64,000 bases of DNA from Chrysomallon squamiferum. Lineage: Eukaryota; Animalia; Mollusca. Below the pieces are notes generated by a model that made no database searches, had not been told where the DNA came from, and saw only the letters and a list, made by a program, of their open reading frames with translations. The position numbers and the translations under genes were made by a program. The stretch lies in assembly GCA_012295275.1 (NCBI GenBank), contig CM022670.1, positions 33,728,001 to 33,792,000 of the forward strand. Reading direction: 5' to 3'. Of the stretch, positions 58,141 to 64,000 are shown in pieces (position 1 is the stretch's first letter; every line of letters begins with the position of its first letter).

Positions 58141-59779
58141 TTAATAATAATAAATCAAAGGACAATATTTAAAAACAAATCTCTGAAGTTCAAAATATTT
58201 GGTTTCTTTGAATAATCTTGTATGCTTTATGCTGTATGATAATAATTCTCTCACTATTGTTATTATATTTTCTGGAACATGAAAAAAAGGTCATATAAAT
58301 TCTTCAAAACTATGAAATTAATTGATGATAATAAAACTGAACAATGAAGCTACATTTTGAAATATGTAGAACAAAGAAAAATCATGGCAGAATTGAAATG
58401 TGTACTACAAAAAAAAAAAAACTGGAGTAAAATCAATTATTTATACACACCGGTAATATCTTTCTAATCAATAAATACTAACTTTTCTGCTGATCTGTGA
58501 TGTGTTTGTCCCTGAGATCCTCCAACAGCGTAAATCATTCCATCAATAACTCCAATACCCACTCTGTTCCTTGGCACAGTCATCGGAGATCTGGGAGACC
58601 AAGCATTCCTCATGGGATCATACATATCAAGAGCATTTGAGTCCATATTGCCATCAGGAGAATTGTTTCTACCACCAACTATATAAAGAGCTCCACGCAC
58701 TATACAAGCACTAAGACCACTACGAGGTGTTGGTAAATCTGGCAGTCTATGCCACTGACTCGTCTTTGGGTTAAAGCATTCAAAGTTACTAAGAGACTGT
58801 CTTAGATAACCACCAGCACAGAATATCACAAGAGGTGCACAAGGCTTACGTGGTCTTTCAGGACACTTTTCATGAAGTTTTAACTTCTTTAGTTTTTCCT
58901 CTAATGATTGCAAACACTGAGGCATCTTTTTCAAGATTGGACAGTTCTTGAGTTGTTCTTCTAGAAAGCAAGGAGCTAGGAACTGACACCGGACAGCACT
59001 AAGCATACTTTCTAACTTCCCTAACCGTTTGTCTGGTTCACTCTGCACCCATCGAATAACAGCTTGAAACACTTCAGACTCACACTTGATATTCAGTTCA
59101 TCTTGTTTTATTAAACTAATCATCTGACAAGGTTTGAGCATTAGAAATTCATCACACTTTATAACATCACAGAAATGTTTATAAATATAACTTCTAGCTT
59201 TTGCTTCAAGTTCAAGACAACCATGTTCACTAGCGAAATTAGCAATACCTATACAATTATTAGGATCTAGTTGATGTTCTAAGAACACACTACAAGCCTC
59301 CACAACGTGAGACATTTGAAACATGGTGGCTGCAGGCAGGAGATAACACACATTCATCTCATTTATGTTAATCTCTGCAGTGTAAGCGAAGTCCACTAAC
59401 ATGTGTAACGTACAAGGTGAAATGCCATGTAACGGAATGGACGACATTTCTTCCTCTCGCATTCCACCTGTAAACATGGCCTTGAAATAAGGGCTTGATG
59501 CTGCCAGAACAATTTTGTGAGCAGGAATTTCATCTTTGCCAACCACCAGTGTGACATCACACAGTTTGTGAGCTCGCTGCAGCGTCTTCATGGTGTCCAG
59601 AGCTTCTTTTGGATGCTTCATGATGGTGAAGTGCATGCTGCCATCCGCAGGCTTCTCGGTTATCTGCGGCTTTGGCCGGTAACACGAGGAAGGAAAATTC
59701 ATAGACATGTTGCTTACTGTCAGATCTGATGTTTCCACACGATTACAAGAAACTTCAATTCTTTTACATTCATCCTTTT
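56314..59779 (-). CDS. KEAP1: Kelch-like ECH-associated protein 1 (BTB-BACK-6xKelch Cul3 adaptor, Nrf2/CncC inhibitor)
   Basis: Exons 59779-58483, 57981-57776, 57002-56826 and 56453-56314 are GT-AG and phase-consistent; 582 aa from the first in-frame ATG at 59708. KEAP1-specific motifs include [61 protein letters not shown] and GRSGHGVAV. The frame is open back to the acceptor, so an upstream coding exon is possible. Confidence 0.96.
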
Positions 59780-60394
59780 CTGCAATGCAAAAAATATGAA
59801 AGATATGTTAATGATTTGAGATAAAAACCTATCAGGTATCCTCCTGACTCACTAAGTTCAAAATAACTTTGTTACAAAAGCCTCAGATGCCTTTTTTTTT
59901 TTTTTTAAAAAGCACATAATGTTCACCTCTCCTGTTGTTATGAATTTCATCCACACACTAAAAGAATATAAAATTATCTGTAAAGGTTAATGATCTATAG
60001 AAGTGAATACTTCGGCTACACTTAACGTTTATGTGAGAAACATTCAGATGAGGTATAACAATTTACAATCAGACCATGACATAACAGTCTCAATTAAAGG
60101 GTATCTCAAGTATCGCAGTGTGAATATGAGCAGCTTGTCTACCCTTTGTGATGTAGTGACAGCAAATCTTAGATAATTGTACATAAAAATAGAAGCATCA
60201 CTCATCCATATCAGGCTACATCTAAACGTGAATATCTGCACACAGTAATGACAGAATCGGCAACTGAAATTTCACCCTGCTTCTTAATTACGGTCACCAA
60301 ATATTTCGATCATTTTCCTTTCTTTTTTTGCAGGGAATAAAGCCATATAATAATGATGCTAAAGAATATTTATGATATACTAATTATCATTAAA

Positions 60395-60411
60395 AATAAT
60401 AATAATAATAA

Positions 60412-60442
<31 letters not shown>

Positions 60443-60488
60443 AAGAAGAAGAAGAAGAAGAAGAAGAAGAAGAAGAAGAAGAAGAAGA
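60395..60488. repeat. (AAT)n followed by (GAA)n microsatellite
   Basis: Direct reading. Confidence 0.95.
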
Positions 60489-61265
60489 AAAAACAATAAA
60501 AAAAACCATCAAATGATTGTACAGACAAATGTTATAAATTAAACCACACAGAGACACATATATAAATACACAAGCATAGCTACCTTTGAATAACAAATTT
60601 CACATATATCCAGCAGAATAATTTGTTAAAAAAATTTAAAATAATTTTTTTTTTTTTTTTTAAATTCACGTACAAGTAACTGTTTTTTCTACACATGACA
60701 GAGTAATGGTTTTTGCACCTCAGATAAAATTAATGTAAAATGTAACACCATTTGCTACCAGAACATTTATTTGTTTATTTATAAATTAACTTTCTCATTC
60801 ATATGTTCCCAGAATAAAATTTAACTTACAACTGGTTTAGCATAAAATTAATTTAGTTTTGGATTGAAAACTCAACGCACCTGCAACCAGCATGCCCAAA
60901 GCTTAAATAAACAGTGTTGAAATATTTGATGGAGAGGACATAGATAATCCATCAAGCAGCAGCAGGTTTCATATTTAACATTCTATCACCTAATATTATC
61001 ACATTCTTACCACTGGCTGGCTATGTAACAGGTCAAACCATCATTTATATATTTTCTTGTACAGCCTTTCACATGAAGATTTAAGTTAAGTTCCAGGTTT
61101 TAAATTGTACAGTTAATGTCAATACATTCATGTATTTTACGCCTAAAAGCCAAGGCATATACTAGGACATAAATGATTCATTTAGTCACTACATAATTAA
61201 TGTTATGAAAATAATATTTATCAGCTGCACATAAATCCTAGATCTTTATACTAGGTTTAATAATA

Positions 61266-61296
<31 letters not shown>

Positions 61297-61307
61297 TTAT
61301 AATTATA

Positions 61308-61342
<35 letters not shown>

Positions 61343-62355
61343 TATTATTATTTAGATTAAATCTGTTCATTATTATAATAATTAATTTTAATCAACTGTT
61401 ATCACAAACATTTCTTGTCAGTTTTGCTTTCCTCAGTGTTGCTATAACTATCTTCATAAGACAGCTTACAATTATGAACATATTACACTATTGTTGTTGT
61501 CATTGCATTTTCCAAGCACTAACAATACAAATGGCTTTAATATCTGCATGAAACGTAATACTAGTGTACAAGTCAGTGTTTGAATCTTATGACGCATTAG
61601 TAATTAATAAACCATAAACAGAGATATTATGTGAATCTATTTCTGGAAACTGCACCAGTCTAACATCAAAGGATGCAATCAAATTTCATTAATGTACCAG
61701 CATGTTGGCACGCAAGGACAATCAACAAAAAAAACAACAGAAGAAAAATAATTTTTAAAAAGATTACTACGGACGAGTGCACTAACGTTTTTCTTTAAAA
61801 AACGGCTTAAATAAATCAATAAACAATAGATAATAAATAAATAAATAAATAAATAAATAAATCAGAACTTGTAATATATAAATAAAAAAACAAATAATTA
61901 AACAAATAAATGAAATAAAATAATAATAAATACAAATAATAAAAACAAATAATAATAATAATAATAATAATATAACATAAACTAAACTAAACTAAAATAA
62001 ATAAATAAATAAGAAACCTAAAAAAACCAACAACAGTAATAATAAATTAAATATGAAGAAATAAAGCAGCTGTTAGGTCTTGCTTTGTTGTTATTTTCTA
62101 CACACACAGGCAGACAGTGGTAGTCAGAGTTTATTTACAGTCACCTTGCAATACTGTCCTCTACCCCACAGAACGTGATTTCGAAAAAAAATGGAACAAA
62201 GATAAGATATGAAATCATTCCTTTGTCATTATGTCAGAGACGACTGTACTTAAGAACGTATACTAACAAAACAGCGCTGTAAACATCTGGGTCATTAAAA
62301 ATATTCTCTGCTCTGACCTCACTCTGTAGCCGTGTATCAACACAGAATAAAAATC

Positions 62356-62577
62356 TGCCAAGTCATTTCTGTATAATCATATAGCCTTCCATCACAGAGT
62401 TCACGTCTGGTTACAGCAACAAAAAAAAAAACTTAAAAAAAAAATTAAAACCCCTTGAGTTGCTGTCTAGAATTTAAAACTCATTGGTTTATTAATTTAT
62501 TACATCTGCCTGAATAAAATGTGCAAACTAAAAAAAAAAAAAACTGAAATGCTAGGCCGTGCAGACATGAATCAGCA
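62356..62577. promoter_or_regulatory. Two ARE/CNC-sMaf-like elements in the presumed KEAP1 upstream intron
   Basis: Minus strand ATGACTTGGCA(GATTTTT) at 62366-62356 and plus strand ATGAATCAGCA(AATT) at 62567-62577. Confidence 0.5.
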
Positions 62578-62831
62578 AATTATGAACAGGCTTATCATTT
62601 GTTTGAAAACTGCACTATCATTCCTGAACGCTAAGCTGGAAATCCATCATGTGTGGCATGGCAATATAATATTAATAATAGCAAATTTAAAAATTATAGG
62701 TCAGACACGCAGAAACAGAACATGATTTTGTATAATGTATTATTTTTTAATATTAATATGACAGTACATGTATTAATGGCCATGATATGAAGTTTAAATA
62801 TTTTTAAAACACAACAGTTTAAACTAGAGTT

Positions 62832-62863
<32 letters not shown>

Positions 62864-63005
62864 TCCTTCATTACAGAAAAAGAAACAGAATGGTGATACA
62901 ACAAAGTAAGATCACAAGTGTATTTTGAAAAAATTGGGGAATGTCTTCATTAAACTATATTCATGAAAAGTAGTAGTATTTGTATCTGACGTTATTATTT
63001 TCAAC

Positions 63006-63070
<65 letters not shown>

Positions 63071-64000
63071 TTTTTTTTATTTTATTTTATTTTATTTTGT
63101 TTTATAATATTTTATTTTATTTTCTTGGCGCACAAAGTTTTTTTGGACATTCTATTATAAAACTTAACAGGACAAGAAATCAGGAAGTGGTCAATTTGAG
63201 AAGGAAAACGAGTGGTCAGTATGATGGAAGTGTTAGGGAAGTACTTCAATTAGTCAGTATGGGGGGGGGTAAGGATTAGTGAAGTGATTAATATGAGAGG
63301 ATATTTTGTGAAGAAGTCAGTCGTTTCCCTGGACAGACTAGTGATTTGTGTTATCACTGTATCCACCATGACGAAAGCTGGCAGATTCAGATCAATTCAC
63401 TTGTCACATCGCGATTTGTAACCAAAGAACATTCATTAGTAATTATGGTAAATTATTAATAAATCAAATGTGAATGCAAATGATGTACACACACAATACA
63501 TCAGTATCAAATGTTCAAAAAGGACGTTTTTTTTCTTTTTTTACTGGTTTTTTTTTAAAATATTTTTATCGTATCATTTGCATATATATAAAAATAACTG
63601 ATCTTTTATTTCACATTAAAAAAAAAAAAATGTATTTAAATGTCATTATCATTAAATTTAAATTAAGCATGCAAGCATGAATAGCTTCTTTGTTGTTTTT
63701 TTGTTTTTTCAACAAACAGCTATGGCTAATTTTATTATTAGAAAATACAAGTTTATTTTATTTTACTGAATGTAATTACTTATTAATCATTTAGTTATCA
63801 ATATCTATGGAAAAATTAAAACAATGCTGTACGAAAATTACATCATTTTAAGTGATAAAAAAACATTTTTATTTTTTATTTTTTTTTTATTATTTTTTTT
63901 TTTATTTATTTATTTATATTTTAATTTTTTTTATGTTTTTATATACGACATCTTTTTATGAAAAGAAAATACAGTTACAAGTCCATCACACAATAAATTA

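Overview
AT-rich, intron- and microsatellite-rich animal DNA, probably molluscan (an inference from protein similarity and repeat style). It holds three protein-coding genes: an NFIL3/E4BP4/vrille-like bZIP repressor (- strand, one coding exon, 24276-25301), a complete 21-coding-exon transportin-1/karyopherin-beta2 gene (+ strand, 30758-45267, 888 aa) and KEAP1 (- strand, 56314-59779, first exon not located). The first ~24 kb is non-coding, with repeats and CpG-richer patches carrying bZIP-type sites. The main finding is in transportin's apparently non-coding last exon. In frame with the CDS but behind two stops (TGA, then a TAA made by the splice junction), it encodes a 48-codon tail containing a PY-NLS-like motif (LMGPRGGPVRRGEPY), the signal class transportin itself binds. 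This suggests a conditional self-inhibitory extension or a decoy micropeptide. The same gene has a U12-type first intron and a candidate 15-nt microexon. The region upstream of KEAP1's large exon carries ARE-like motifs, and the bZIP promoter has a D-box/E-box cluster. All coordinates were read by eye; no searches were run.
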